Both the position numbers and the translations under genes were made by a program. A DNA stretch of 64,000 bases from the NCBI GenBank assembly GCA_963666205.1, contig OY762654.1:704001-768000 (forward strand), given 5' to 3'. Under the pieces are notes generated by a model. The model worked only from the letters and a program-made list of their open reading frames with translations. It searched no databases and had not been told where the DNA came from. The DNA comes from Synergistales bacterium (GTDB lineage: Bacteria; Synergistota; Synergistia; Synergistales; JAFGMB01). This document shows, piece after piece, positions 9,425 to 20,452 of this stretch (position 1 is its first letter; each line of letters starts with the position of its first letter).

Positions 9425-10041
9425 TTGCCGGACACTCCAATCACAGTAACTCCTGCTTTCACCGCCTGACCATGTTTTACAGAGAGGTCTACTCCTACGG
9501 GTAAGTACAGGTCTACTTTAGATCCTAATTTTATCATACCGAATCTATCTCCCCGGTTAAGCTCCATTCCTTTCTCCACTCTACATACGATCCTTCGGGC
9601 CAGAAAACCTGCTATCTGGACCATCATGGCTCTTCCTTCACGGGTTTCTATTCCCGTATACATTCTTTCGTTATCTTCCGAAGCTTTGGGAGAAAAGGCC
9701 ATCCATTTTTTCCCCGGTACATATTCCAGATAGTCCACTCTACCCGGAAAAGGTATCCGGTTGACATGTACATTGAAAGGAGACATAAATATTCCTATCT
9801 TAACAGACTTCCCTGTAAACGGGTGATAAACCGACTCTATCTCTACTACTTTGCCATCGGCAGGACTGACCCATATATTTTCTTCAGGGGAAATGATCCT
9901 CTCAGGATCACGAAAAAACCAGACAAGAAAGATCGTCAGTACTGCCATAAAAAAAGAGATGAACGGAGATATCCAGAATCCTGCCAGAGTCATAAATCCT
10001 GAAAATGCTATCATTGGCCAACCGTCATGAGCTATCTGCAT
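9421..10041 (-). CDS. psd: Phosphatidylserine decarboxylase proenzyme
   Basis: FFRDPER, SPADGKV, FM..FNVHVNR, GMIKLGSKVD autocleavage motif. Start set at ATG 10041, just after the gyrA stop. Confidence 0.92.
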   Translation of the reverse strand: MQIAHDGWPMIAFSGFMTLAGFWISPFISFFMAVLTIFLVWFFRDPERIISPEENIWVSPADGKVVEIESVYHPFTGKSVKIGIFMSPFNVHVNRIPFPGRVDYLEYVPGKKWMAFSPKASEDNERMYTGIETREGRAMMVQIAGFLARRIVCRVEKGMELNRGDRFGMIKLGSKVDLYLPVGVDLSVKHGQAVKAGVTVIGVSGK

Positions 10042-10048
10042 ATCAATT

Positions 10049-12502
10049 TTATTGCCCTTCGCAGACAGCAGCAGAAACAATACTGGCACCTGCCACGCTG
10101 TCTCCTTCATTGAGTCTTACAACGATAGAACCCATGGCAGTCCTGCTCAGGATAGGTATCTGGTTGGATGCAACCCTTATAAGTCGTCCCTTGGAGGAAA
10201 TAACAATGATCTCATCTGAATCAACCACACCAGAACTGGATATAAGGCGTCCAGTCTTGACTCCAAGGTTCATTGCCTTAACCCCGCTCCCGCCCCGGTG
10301 ATGGGGTGTGAATTCACTGTAACAGGTCCTTTTTCCCACGCCTTTTTCGCTTATGATAAGGGAATACATTTCTTCGTTGACCACATCAAAACTTATTATC
10401 AGGTCATCTTCTGCGAGTCTCATTCCTCTTACTCCACGAGCATTTCTACCCATAGGACGAAATTCAGTTTCCGAAACCCTCAAGGCCTGTCCCTTTGATG
10501 TTATGAAGAGAAGGTGATCTTCACCCGTAGTAGCATGGACCATGGCAATATCATCACCCTCATCAAGGGAAAGGACTCTTCTGCCTGCACGTGTAAGGTT
10601 CTGTAGCTCGGATATGGGAAGACGTTTCGCCACACCCCTTCGGGTAAGGAAAAAGACAAATTTCTTTCCCTCTATAGCTGAACCTTTTATGGCGACCACA
10701 GTCTCTTCGCTTTCAAGGGAAATAAAGCGAGTTATGGGCTTCCCCTTCCCGCTTCTGGTCTCCGGGATGACATATCCCTTGATAGCCAGCACCCTTCCCT
10801 TGGATGTAAAAAGATAGATATCCTTATGGGTATTTGTGACTGCCATCAGAGATATTTCATCTTCGCCCTTCAGGGAAGCGCCCTTACGCCCCTTCCCGCC
10901 ACGACATTGGACGGCATAGTCCTCAAGGGGCTTCCTCCTGAGATAACCATCACTGGAGAGAATAACCACGATCTCGCTCTCTGGTATAAGTTCTTCCAGA
11001 GAGACCTCTGCCGCGGCATTAACTATTTCGGTTCTTCTGTCATCCCCGAATTTTTTCTTCACATCGAGAAGTTCTTCGCGGATGACAGAATCAAGGACTT
11101 TAGGATTAGCGAGGATTGTCTGATATTTTTCAATATCAGAAAGAAGCTGGGCAAGTTCGTCTTCCAGTCTTGATCTTTCCAGTCCTGTAAGCCTCTGAAG
11201 TCTCATATCGAGGATGGCCTGTGACTGTATACCTGTGAATCCGAGTTTCTGCATCAGGCCTGATTTGGCTTCACCAGCAGTTCTTGAGCCTCTGATTATA
11301 GAGATCACTTCATCAATTATATCAAGGGCCTTTACAAGACCCTCAACAACATGAGCTCTGGCCTGTGCCTTTTTCAGGCGGAAGTTAGTCCTTCTCCGAA
11401 CCACCGATCTCCGGTGATCAAGGAAAATAGTCAGCATATCCTGTATGGGCAACTCCTTGGGCTGGTTATCCACCAGGGCCAGATTAATCACACCAAATGT
11501 TGATTGCAGCTGCGTTCTGGAGTAGAGTTGCCTCAATACAAGGTTCGGATCGGCTTCCCTTGTCAATTCAATGACTACACGTAAACCATCTCTATCAGAT
11601 TCATCCCTTATGTCTGAAATACCGTCGATGTTCTTGTTCTGAACACCCTTTACGATGTTCTCTATAAGGAGAGTCTTGTTAACCATATAGGGGATCTCGG
11701 TAATTACGATACTGTCCCTTCCCCTCTTGCTTTCTTCAATGTGGGTCCGGCCACGCATAATGATCTTGCCCCGACCGGTTCTGTATGCATCGATAATGCC
11801 TTCCCTTCCCAGGATCAACCCACCTGTCGGGAAATCAGGGCCAGGAAGACGGGAAAGAAGTTCGCTGAATTCTATGTTCTCCGTTTCTGTATCAATGATA
11901 TAACATAGGGCATCAATAACTTCACAGAGGTTATGGGGTGGAATATTGGTGGCCATACCTACGGCTATACCGGAACTCCCGTTAACAAGGAGATTCGGTA
12001 TTATGGACGGTAGATACAGAGGTTCAGTAAGGGATTCATCGAAGTTGGGTCCCCAGTCAACTGTATCTTCATCAATATCGGCAAGCATGTACTCTCCTAT
12101 ATCAAAGAGTTTGGCTTCAGTGTAACGCATTGCAGCTGCTGAATCTCCGTCAATAGAACCGTAGTTCCCCTGTCCATCAACAAGGCGGTAGCGCATGCTG
12201 AAATCCTGGGCCATCCTGACCATGGTCTCATATATTGCAGAATCACCATGGGGATGATATTTACCCATTGTTTCACCTACAACCCTGGCCGATTTTTTAT
12301 AGGCCGTATTATGTTTAAGCCCCAGACCCAGCATGGAATAAAGGATCCGTCGTTGAACAGGTTTAAGGCCGTCGCGGGCATCAGGAAGAGCCCGTCCGAC
12401 GATTACACTCATGGCATAATCAAGGTAGCTGTGCTTAATCTCTTCCAGAAGAGGAAGGGGTACTACTTTGCCAAAGAGAAACTCTCCCTTTTGTTCTTCC
12501 AT
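10049..12502 (-). CDS. gyrA: DNA gyrase subunit A
   Basis: [43 protein letters not shown] and a GyrA-box-like QCRGGKG. Confidence 0.97.
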   Translation of the reverse strand: MEEQKGEFLFGKVVPLPLLEEIKHSYLDYAMSVIVGRALPDARDGLKPVQRRILYSMLGLGLKHNTAYKKSARVVGETMGKYHPHGDSAIYETMVRMAQDFSMRYRLVDGQGNYGSIDGDSAAAMRYTEAKLFDIGEYMLADIDEDTVDWGPNFDESLTEPLYLPSIIPNLLVNGSSGIAVGMATNIPPHNLCEVIDALCYIIDTETENIEFSELLSRLPGPDFPTGGLILGREGIIDAYRTGRGKIIMRGRTHIEESKRGRDSIVITEIPYMVNKTLLIENIVKGVQNKNIDGISDIRDESDRDGLRVVIELTREADPNLVLRQLYSRTQLQSTFGVINLALVDNQPKELPIQDMLTIFLDHRRSVVRRRTNFRLKKAQARAHVVEGLVKALDIIDEVISIIRGSRTAGEAKSGLMQKLGFTGIQSQAILDMRLQRLTGLERSRLEDELAQLLSDIEKYQTILANPKVLDSVIREELLDVKKKFGDDRRTEIVNAAAEVSLEELIPESEIVVILSSDGYLRRKPLEDYAVQCRGGKGRKGASLKGEDEISLMAVTNTHKDIYLFTSKGRVLAIKGYVIPETRSGKGKPITRFISLESEETVVAIKGSAIEGKKFVFFLTRRGVAKRLPISELQNLTRAGRRVLSLDEGDDIAMVHATTGEDHLLFITSKGQALRVSETEFRPMGRNARGVRGMRLAEDDLIISFDVVNEEMYSLIISEKGVGKRTCYSEFTPHHRGGSGVKAMNLGVKTGRLISSSGVVDSDEIIVISSKGRLIRVASNQIPILSRTAMGSIVVRLNEGDSVAGASIVSAAVCEGQ

Positions 12503-12657
12503 TTATTTCCGACCTCCAAGAAATATTACTCAAAAAAGCGGCAGACATTCTGCCGCTCCAATTTTTCTTTAACCGATATATTTTACCATGACGACGAGGG
12601 ATTTTCTCACTTCTCTGACAATCGCAACTGTTATTCGTGAAAAATCTTCAATACCTG

Positions 12658-14526
12658 CTAAAGCCCGAGCTCCTTTATTTTTAATGGACCAGGAATACCG
12701 TTTTTATTCCACCCCCGAGCCAAATAATATTCATCCAGCATTGAATCGTAATCCCTAATAGCACAATCATCTACCCCGCAATATTTACCAGATACAGGTT
12801 TCTCAAGTACCCTTGAGGGCAGATAATCATCTTTACGGGCAAAACCTTCCCTTATATTAAAAAGCCTCTGAAGGTTGTTCACTCTTTCACCTGTAGTAAG
12901 CAGTTCCCTGCCCGAAATATCCCAACCCGTAACTGAAGAGAGGAGGTCAGCATATATCTCGAGGTCAATTCCCATATACATATAGAACTTGCACGTTCCA
13001 AGCACATCCGGTATTACGCCTCCATCCTGCAGGATCTTGACAATCGCACCTTTGCCCTGCTCATCCCATCTGTCCACAAGAAGGGGGTCTGGAAGTCCCA
13101 TGGACTGAAGGCCAAAATCGATCTTTTGACTGTCATAAGCTTGAGCTTCAACGGGGTGGATGTGACACATTCCCCTATTGCCTGTTCCATAGGCAAGGGC
13201 AAGACATTTCCCAGATCTGGGATCATGGGCAGGCCCCTCCAGGCCTTTACAGTGAATCGCAAAGGAACGGGAAGCATCTCCTATGAAATCCGAAGCAGCC
13301 CTGACTCCCTTAGCCATGAGATCCCCAATGTCCTCCCTGAGAGCGATCTTCCTGATCATAACAGGAAGGTTTTCCTTTTCGCCCCAGTTCAAGCCAGACT
13401 CTTCTTCATGAATATCCTTTAAAAGGCCCTTTTCCTTGCACTCCATGAAAAATCCAATCACAGCACCTGTAGATATGGTATCAAGGCCATATTCATTGCA
13501 TAAATAGGAAGAATGAACAGCCGCATCAACATCACTGTTCATTATGAATGCTGTAAACGCTGCTATAGATTCATACTCTCCGCCATCATGTTCAGGGGTA
13601 CCGAAGGGCCCGTCAGGAACATGAACCCTGCGTCCACACCTGGCAGGACAGCCGGTATAACATCCCTGTTCCTTTATCTGGTTCCGTGCAAAAAAATGCT
13701 TTGAAATATCCACACCATTACCCCAGGAATTTGATGCCCAGTTCCTCGTAGGGAAATCACCCAACCTGTCACTGTGTTCCAATCCTCCCATGGTTCCCTG
13801 GGAACTGAAGAATGGAGTTGAAGGATCACTTTGCACTATCCCGTGAGCCTTCCGGATCTTTTTCATGAATTTTTCTCTATCAAACAAAGGGACTGATTTA
13901 TTCCCCCTCACTGCTACTGCAAGAAGGTTTTTGCTCCCCATCACAGCACCTCCGCCGCATCTCCCTGCAGCTCTGTGGCCATTCATAACTGTAGCAAAGG
14001 GAACAAGGTTTTCACCGGCCGGACCAATGGTAATGATCTCAAAACCACCTTCATTAAGTTCTTCTCTGATCCGCGTATCCTTTTCCAGTACAAGCAAACC
14101 CTCTAGAGAAGTCCCTTCACGAAACGAAACCATCCCGTTGTCGACAACAAGGTATACGGGAGAGGAGGATCTTCCCTCGATAAGAATATAGTCATATCCA
14201 GACTTCTTCATGGCAAAACCGTAGTTAGAACCCAGACGGGCTTCACCCCAGGCTCCTGTCAGGGGCGATTTGAAACATATTTCAATGCTACCACCCCCGG
14301 GAACCTGTGGCAGGGTAAGAGGACCAGTAGCTATAAAAATTTTATTACCTGGAGAAAGGGGGACCGTTCCTGAAGGTATCTCATCATAAAGGAATCTTGC
14401 ACCGATCCCTACTCCACCAAGATACTGCCTGAGCAGCTTTTCTTCCATCTTTTCGACGGAGTAAATCCTTTCAGTAAGGTCAATTCGCAAGAGGCTTCCT
14501 GCGTATCCAAACAATTCCTCTTTCAT
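12658..14526 (-). CDS. Aldehyde:ferredoxin oxidoreductase family (tungstopterin)
   Basis: IGPAGEN, AAGR.G.GAVMGSKNL, GC..CP..C, EYE, CNEYGLDTIS, YY..RGW..NG.P. Confidence 0.9.
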   Translation of the reverse strand: MKEELFGYAGSLLRIDLTERIYSVEKMEEKLLRQYLGGVGIGARFLYDEIPSGTVPLSPGNKIFIATGPLTLPQVPGGGSIEICFKSPLTGAWGEARLGSNYGFAMKKSGYDYILIEGRSSSPVYLVVDNGMVSFREGTSLEGLLVLEKDTRIREELNEGGFEIITIGPAGENLVPFATVMNGHRAAGRCGGGAVMGSKNLLAVAVRGNKSVPLFDREKFMKKIRKAHGIVQSDPSTPFFSSQGTMGGLEHSDRLGDFPTRNWASNSWGNGVDISKHFFARNQIKEQGCYTGCPARCGRRVHVPDGPFGTPEHDGGEYESIAAFTAFIMNSDVDAAVHSSYLCNEYGLDTISTGAVIGFFMECKEKGLLKDIHEEESGLNWGEKENLPVMIRKIALREDIGDLMAKGVRAASDFIGDASRSFAIHCKGLEGPAHDPRSGKCLALAYGTGNRGMCHIHPVEAQAYDSQKIDFGLQSMGLPDPLLVDRWDEQGKGAIVKILQDGGVIPDVLGTCKFYMYMGIDLEIYADLLSSVTGWDISGRELLTTGERVNNLQRLFNIREGFARKDDYLPSRVLEKPVSGKYCGVDDCAIRDYDSMLDEYYLARGWNKNGIPGPLKIKELGL

Positions 14527-14613
14527 TTCAATCTACTCCTGTATTCTCAGATATCATAATTATACGGAATATTATAAATAAGGGAGGGCCAGGCCCCCCC
14601 TTGTCATATTAAC

Positions 14614-15543
14614 CTATTTTTTAATTAAACCTTCCGATATGAGATATTCCCTTGCTATATCCTCAGGGTCTTCGCCCTCATCAAATCTGTAGTTAAGTGC
14701 AGCCATGGTTTTCTCATCGATCTTGCCACTGAGCATGCTCAAGATATCCTTAACTTTAGGATATTTATCAAGGACTTCCATTCTTACAACATAAGCTGCA
14801 CTATATGCGGGGAAATATTCAAGGTCATCTTCAAGCATTACCAGATCAAGCTTCTTGATCCTTGAATCAGTGCTGTATGCAGCTATAACATCCACTTCTT
14901 CCTTGTCTATGGCCATGTACATCATTGAATACTGCATGGGAAGTACTTCCTTGAATTCGATCCCGTAGGCTTTAGACCAGCCAGGATAGGCATCGGGGCG
15001 AGTATCGAAGTTCTCATCCCCTCCTATTTTCCAGTCTTTGGCATATTGTTTAAGATCAGAAGCCTTCTTTAAATTGAATTTTTCTGCAGTCTCTCTTCTC
15101 ACTGCCATAACATAGGTATTATTGAATCCGAAGGGGTCGATCCAGGTAAAATTGAAGTTCTGTTCAAACCCTTCCTTGACTTTTCTGAAGGTTTCTTCTT
15201 TGGATAAATTAGGCCCTTCATAACGAAGGATCCCCGTTAACTGAGTACCAGTCCAGGTAACATATATATCAAGTTCTTTACCTACCATTGCCTGATGAAG
15301 CACTGAAGAAGCAGCAAATTCAGTACTGGTTTCAGTTTTCAGACTGGTATATTCATCCAGAAGCAGTTTTGCCATCCAGGCAAGGGTTATAGGTTCATTA
15401 ACTGTCTGGGCCCCCACTTTAAGTTTACCCTTGTAATTCATGGGATTATCCTCCGCTGCGACTCCGGCACCTGCAAAAAACGCAATTGCAAAGAGAACCA
15501 GTACTACCAGTGATACTGTCCTTGTGTACTTTCCGGTTAACAT
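14614..15543 (-). CDS. Glycine betaine/choline-type (OpuCC/OsmF-like) ABC substrate-binding protein
   Basis: Signal peptide, W..PFGFNNTY, AYSTD.RI, FP.Y.A motifs. Confidence 0.85.
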   Translation of the reverse strand: MLTGKYTRTVSLVVLVLFAIAFFAGAGVAAEDNPMNYKGKLKVGAQTVNEPITLAWMAKLLLDEYTSLKTETSTEFAASSVLHQAMVGKELDIYVTWTGTQLTGILRYEGPNLSKEETFRKVKEGFEQNFNFTWIDPFGFNNTYVMAVRRETAEKFNLKKASDLKQYAKDWKIGGDENFDTRPDAYPGWSKAYGIEFKEVLPMQYSMMYMAIDKEEVDVIAAYSTDSRIKKLDLVMLEDDLEYFPAYSAAYVVRMEVLDKYPKVKDILSMLSGKIDEKTMAALNYRFDEGEDPEDIAREYLISEGLIKK

Positions 15544-15560
15544 GTATATCTTCCCCTTTC

Positions 15561-16262
15561 TTATTCTGTAAGATCTATACCAAGTTTCTCCGCTTTTCTA
15601 GCCATTCTTTTCGCCCTTTTTCGAGGGCTGTAATATTCCTGAAGGGATTTCAGAAACTGGTCTGCAAGCAGGGCAATTATTGTAGCCGGGATAGCACCTG
15701 CCAGTATTATTTCATACCTTATTGATGCCAGGCCTGAAAATATCAACTTGCCAAGCCCCCCTCCTCCTATGGCTGAAGCAAGTGTAGCCGTTCCAATTAT
15801 CCATACTGTAGCCACCCTTATTCCTGCAAGGAGAACGGGACGGGCTATGGGGAGCTGGACTTTCAGGAGAATCTGAAAATCAGTCATACCCATACCCTTA
15901 GCGGCCTGAACCAGATGCCTGGGGACACTTCTGATACCTGTGTAAGTATTCTGAATGACCGGCAACATGGCATAAAGGAAAAGAGCACAGATAGCATTAT
16001 CATTACCGATTCCGAAGAACAATATCAGAAATCCCAGAAGGGCAAGGCTTGGAATTGTCTGAAAAACATTAGCCAGACCAATAACATAGGGCGCAAGCTT
16101 TTCTTTTCTGGTGATATATATTCCCAGGGGGACACAGATAATAAGGGTCAGAGCAAGGGCTATAGCCGATATGGTCAGATGCTGTAATGTCAGTTTGAGA
16201 ATCCTGGGATAATATCTTGTAACGTATTTAAAAAATAGTACCAGAAGGTTATGCTGCATCAT
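15561..16262 (-). CDS. Opu-type ABC permease
   Basis: QTIPSLALLG, AAKGMGMT EAA loop, IGGGGLG. Confidence 0.9.
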   Translation of the reverse strand: MMQHNLLVLFFKYVTRYYPRILKLTLQHLTISAIALALTLIICVPLGIYITRKEKLAPYVIGLANVFQTIPSLALLGFLILFFGIGNDNAICALFLYAMLPVIQNTYTGIRSVPRHLVQAAKGMGMTDFQILLKVQLPIARPVLLAGIRVATVWIIGTATLASAIGGGGLGKLIFSGLASIRYEIILAGAIPATIIALLADQFLKSLQEYYSPRKRAKRMARKAEKLGIDLTE

Positions 16263-17446
16263 GCTGATCCACCTCCTGTCACTCGTCGTTTCAGTCTTCC
16301 AATAGTGAGCCGGGCTATTCCGGCTTCAGTAATTACCCCAAGAAAAATATCATGTTCGTCAATGACCGGAATAGCATAGGGTCGATCGGCAAGCATTTCT
16401 GCTGCATCCCTCATGGTTGCCTCTTCCAGGTACAGTTTACGGTCCCTTCTGACGGCATCCCTTACCGAACCACCATTCCTGGATATTCGTTTAACATCCC
16501 TAAGATAGGCCATCCCTAACCATCGGTCGGCCCGTCTGTCGACTACCTGGATACATTCCATATCCTCATCTTCCATCATTGACAGGACATCAGATGCAGA
16601 TTGCTCCGGGTAGGCCTTTGCCCATGGATCCTCAACAAGGACGGCAACGGAGTCTTCCGGAGATATCTGGGAAAGCCTGTCTTCTCCGATGAAATTACGT
16701 ACAAATTCGGTGGCAGGATTTTCCTGGATCTGTGCAGGAGAACCCATCTGTTCAATCTTGCCCGACCTCATGATAACGACCCTGTCAGAAATCTTCAGTG
16801 CCTCGTCCATGTCATGAGTAACGAAAATAATGGTCTTATGAAGTTGTTCCTGGATTGACAGAAGTTCGTTCTGCAGTACCTCTCTGCTTATAGGGTCCAG
16901 CGCTCCAAAGGGTTCGTCCATAAGAATAACTTCAGGTTCTGCAGCAAGGGCCCTGAGTACGCCTATCCTTTGTTTCTGTCCCCCGCTCAACTGGTCTGGA
17001 AGTCTGTACCGGTATTTGGAGGGTTCCAGACCAGACATCTCCAGAAGTTCGTCCACCCTTTTCATGATCTTTTTACGGGGCCAGTTATGAAGCTTCGGGA
17101 CTATTCCAATATTCTCTGCTACGGACATATGAGGCATCAGTGCAATTTCCTGAACGACGTATCCAATGCCCCTTCTCAACTGTACCGGGTCGAAGGACAT
17201 AATATCCTTCCCTGCGACAAGGATCTTTCCCGAAGTACATTCCTCCAGCCTGTTAACCATTTTCAGAGTGGTGGTTTTACCACATCCGCTTGGCCCTATC
17301 AGACTTACCAGTTCTCCCTTTTCAATAATAAGATTCAGGTTTTCTACTGCTACGGTCGAATCTTCATAGACCTTTCTTACATCCTGAAAGACGACCATAC
17401 CATTATCCAGAGCCGGTTCATTTTCAGGTAAGGCTATCTGTGTCAA
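16259..17446 (-). CDS. Opu-type ABC ATPase with C-terminal CBS-like region
   Basis: GPSGCGKTT, LSGGQKQR, MDEPFGALDP, VTHD. Confidence 0.92.
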   Translation of the reverse strand: MTQIALPENEPALDNGMVVFQDVRKVYEDSTVAVENLNLIIEKGELVSLIGPSGCGKTTTLKMVNRLEECTSGKILVAGKDIMSFDPVQLRRGIGYVVQEIALMPHMSVAENIGIVPKLHNWPRKKIMKRVDELLEMSGLEPSKYRYRLPDQLSGGQKQRIGVLRALAAEPEVILMDEPFGALDPISREVLQNELLSIQEQLHKTIIFVTHDMDEALKISDRVVIMRSGKIEQMGSPAQIQENPATEFVRNFIGEDRLSQISPEDSVAVLVEDPWAKAYPEQSASDVLSMMEDEDMECIQVVDRRADRWLGMAYLRDVKRISRNGGSVRDAVRRDRKLYLEEATMRDAAEMLADRPYAIPVIDEHDIFLGVITEAGIARLTIGRLKRRVTGGGSA

Positions 17447-17448
17447 GG

Positions 17449-18564
17449 TTAATCATCCTTCCTCAATTGATCCAGAACAGAAGTAAAATTTCGAAGTAAA
17501 CTGGAATTTTCATCAGGAGTACCCACCGTTATCCTGATAGATCTTGAATACCCCCAGCCCGAACAGGGACGAATTATTATCCCTCTATCCAGCAAAGCTT
17601 CTGTGACAACAGAAGCTTCAAGGGGAGTTGTCACAAAAATAAAGTTGGATTGGGATTGGACGGGATCAAGACCCATTTCTTCAAATGCATCGAAGAGTTT
17701 CATCCTCTCCGCTCTTATCTTTGAAATAGCTTCTTTACATTCTTCCATATCCTTCTGCAGTGTCGCAAGTGCTCCTGCTATACCAACCCGGTTAGCATTA
17801 AAGGGTTCCGACACAGTATCTATGATGGTGGCAATTTCCTTTCGACAGAGGGCATATCCGACCCTTGCTCCCGCTAGAGCATAGGCTTTGGAAAAGGTTC
17901 TGACAGACACGATGTTCTTTCCCTTTTCTATATACGAAGATATGTCGGGCAGATTATCCGGGTCTGCAAATTCTGCATATGCCTCATCCAGAACTATCCA
18001 GCACGTTGCCGGTATTTCTTCGAGAAGTATATCCAGGCTTTCTTTCCTGAACATGGTCCCTGTAGGGTTATTCGGGTTATTAAGCCAGATAAGCTTTGTC
18101 CTGGAAGAAACTGCTTTCCTGATGGATGCCATATCAATATAAAAATTATCTTTCATTGGGATTCTTATAATATCTGCTCCCATAAGTTTGGATATCTCCG
18201 AGTAAAGAGGGTAAGTTGCAACAGGGATCAGAACTTCATCTCCAGGTTCGATAAAGGTTTTACCCAGGGTCTGTAGCATCCCCTCGGCTCCATGGGATAT
18301 GCAGATATTTTCGCCTTTAAGACGATAGAGACCAGCAATGGCATCCTTGATTTTCTTGAAGGAAACATCGGGGTAAGTATTAAGTTTGACAAGTTCCTTT
18401 TCCATATATTCCAGGGCAGCAGGGAACGGACCATATGGGTTCTCGTTCGAACCCAGTTTAATCACATTACTGAGACCTTTTTCGCAGATCACTTCTTCAG
18501 TAGTCTTACCAGGAACATATGGTTCTACATTAAGAACTGCTTTTCTGATTCCGTCCAGTGACAT
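17449..18564 (-). CDS. HisC-family (class I/II) PLP aminotransferase
   Basis: KLGSNENPYGP, NNPNNPTG, DEAY.EF, RTFSKAY.LAG.RVGY. No his genes nearby. Confidence 0.88.
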   Translation of the reverse strand: MSLDGIRKAVLNVEPYVPGKTTEEVICEKGLSNVIKLGSNENPYGPFPAALEYMEKELVKLNTYPDVSFKKIKDAIAGLYRLKGENICISHGAEGMLQTLGKTFIEPGDEVLIPVATYPLYSEISKLMGADIIRIPMKDNFYIDMASIRKAVSSRTKLIWLNNPNNPTGTMFRKESLDILLEEIPATCWIVLDEAYAEFADPDNLPDISSYIEKGKNIVSVRTFSKAYALAGARVGYALCRKEIATIIDTVSEPFNANRVGIAGALATLQKDMEECKEAISKIRAERMKLFDAFEEMGLDPVQSQSNFIFVTTPLEASVVTEALLDRGIIIRPCSGWGYSRSIRITVGTPDENSSLLRNFTSVLDQLRKDD

Positions 18565-18567
18565 ATC

Positions 18568-20184
18568 TCAATAACACTCCTTCACTTTTATTTCTATCAG
18601 GGTAGGTCCCTTTTCATCAAAGGCCTGGCCAAGGATGCCGGGAAGTTCTTCAATAAAGGTAACAGTGTTTCCCTTTATTCCGTAGGCCCTTGCCAGGGCT
18701 GTGTAATCAAGACATTTATGGTCAACAGCAATGGTCTTGCCAGGATGACGGCCATTCTGATTCCGCCTGATCTCACCGTAGCCACAGTCATTCCAGACAA
18801 TAATGGGGAGAGTTAACCGAAGTTCTGATGCCACTGCAAGCTCAGGAAGAGTGAACTGGAATCCACCATCTCCAGCAAGAACACAGATCGCCTTGTCCGG
18901 GCAGGCCATTTTACTGCCTATTGCACCAGGGAGAGCTACTCCCAGGGTACCGAACCCCACCGGGTGAAGAAAAGATCTGGCTCCGGGGGAAGAGAACTCA
19001 CTGATCCCTACATAAGCAGGAGAAGTCATATCAGTCCAGATGGAGCCATCTTCGGGCAGACATCTCCTTATAATATTCATTAAAAGGACCATTGCGGGGA
19101 GTTCCTCACCCATACCGGTAACTTCGCCCAGGGATGCATAGCAGGTCTCTCTAAGCTTTATAACTTCTTCAGTCTTTACATGGCTATCGGCTTTACTCTT
19201 AATTTCACTGTCCAGAAACATTTGCACAACATCTTTTACATCACCCTCTATACCTATGTTACAGGTACGCTGATTGAAAAAAGATCCGGGATCAATATTT
19301 ACACATATAAGTTCCTTCCCAAGATCAATGGATCTTTTCCAGAAATCCGTAGGAGAAAATTCTGTACCCAGTGCTATAACAAGATCACTCTTTTGGAGGT
19401 AATCCTGAACAACAGGGAAATGAATACGGGCTCCAAGAGAAAGAGGATGGTCCTCTCTTACAACGCCCTTACCAGCACAAGTCGAAATTACAGGCGCTGA
19501 AATCGTTTCAGCCAGAAATGTAATCTCCTGACCGCATTTTACAGCTCCCCCACCAACCAGTATTACCGGATCTGTTGAACTTGAAATCTTCTCCACTGCA
19601 GATCTGGCAAGATCACTTCTGAAAATCAGACTATCAGGGCAGGAAGGTAAATTCTGATTGTCTACAGGCTGTTTCATAGCGAGTATATCCAGTGGTATCT
19701 CCACGTGGACAGGACCAGGCCGTCCTGAGATAGACAGGTGATAAGCTTCAAAAATCGACATCTCTATGGCAGAATGGCTCTCTACTCGACGACTTTCCTT
19801 GGAAACGGATGATACAAGCTGAGTGGAATTCCTTAATTCGTGAAGATAACCTGACCGGTAATGCAATGCAGATGTTTCTATCTGGCTTGATATGACAAGC
19901 ATGGGAATTGAATCATGATAAGCCTGCCCCATAGGAGTGATAATGTTGGTTAATCCAGGGCCAGTTATTACAAGGGCTACTCCGGGTTTACCGGATATTC
20001 TCGCATATCCGTCGGCCATAAAACCAGCACCCTGTTCATGCCTTGCCCCTACAGCAGTAATGGAACTTCCCATAAGATATTCATAAATATCCAGATTATG
20101 AATGCCGGGAATCCCGAATATATGTTCGACACCGAGTTTTTCCAAAGCCTGAATTACCAGTTCTCCTCCTGTTTTTAATTCCAT
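18568..20184 (-). CDS. TPP-dependent 2-oxoacid decarboxylase, AruI-like
   Basis: FGIPG.H, RHEQGAGFMADGYAR, GPGLTN..TPMGQAY.DS.P, G.LHEL, GDGGFQFTLPEL...WND.GYGEIRR. Confidence 0.8.
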   Translation of the reverse strand: MELKTGGELVIQALEKLGVEHIFGIPGIHNLDIYEYLMGSSITAVGARHEQGAGFMADGYARISGKPGVALVITGPGLTNIITPMGQAYHDSIPMLVISSQIETSALHYRSGYLHELRNSTQLVSSVSKESRRVESHSAIEMSIFEAYHLSISGRPGPVHVEIPLDILAMKQPVDNQNLPSCPDSLIFRSDLARSAVEKISSSTDPVILVGGGAVKCGQEITFLAETISAPVISTCAGKGVVREDHPLSLGARIHFPVVQDYLQKSDLVIALGTEFSPTDFWKRSIDLGKELICVNIDPGSFFNQRTCNIGIEGDVKDVVQMFLDSEIKSKADSHVKTEEVIKLRETCYASLGEVTGMGEELPAMVLLMNIIRRCLPEDGSIWTDMTSPAYVGISEFSSPGARSFLHPVGFGTLGVALPGAIGSKMACPDKAICVLAGDGGFQFTLPELAVASELRLTLPIIVWNDCGYGEIRRNQNGRHPGKTIAVDHKCLDYTALARAYGIKGNTVTFIEELPGILGQAFDEKGPTLIEIKVKECY

Positions 20185-20452
20185 CCAATCACCATCCCTA
20201 TATTTATATTATTTTCCACTACAAAACAGCTTCAGCTGAGTGAAGAAAGGGCAGGTCTGATATCCAAAAAGAGAGCTAAATGGGAATATATTTTTTTATT
20301 TATTTGGGAAAACCAGAAATTCTATCCCCACTTAATACTGTGGGGCAAACATACCCTCTTCACAAACTGAACATACACAAATTTTGACTTACGATATTTT
20401 GGCAGGAATATAGACCTGGAGAAAAGAAACAAATATTTAGAACCTAAGCTTC

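Noticed and set aside
20231-20371. Leader considered as a lysine riboswitch or T-box
   Set aside because: The diagnostic consensus elements are absent; kept only as an unclassified structure.
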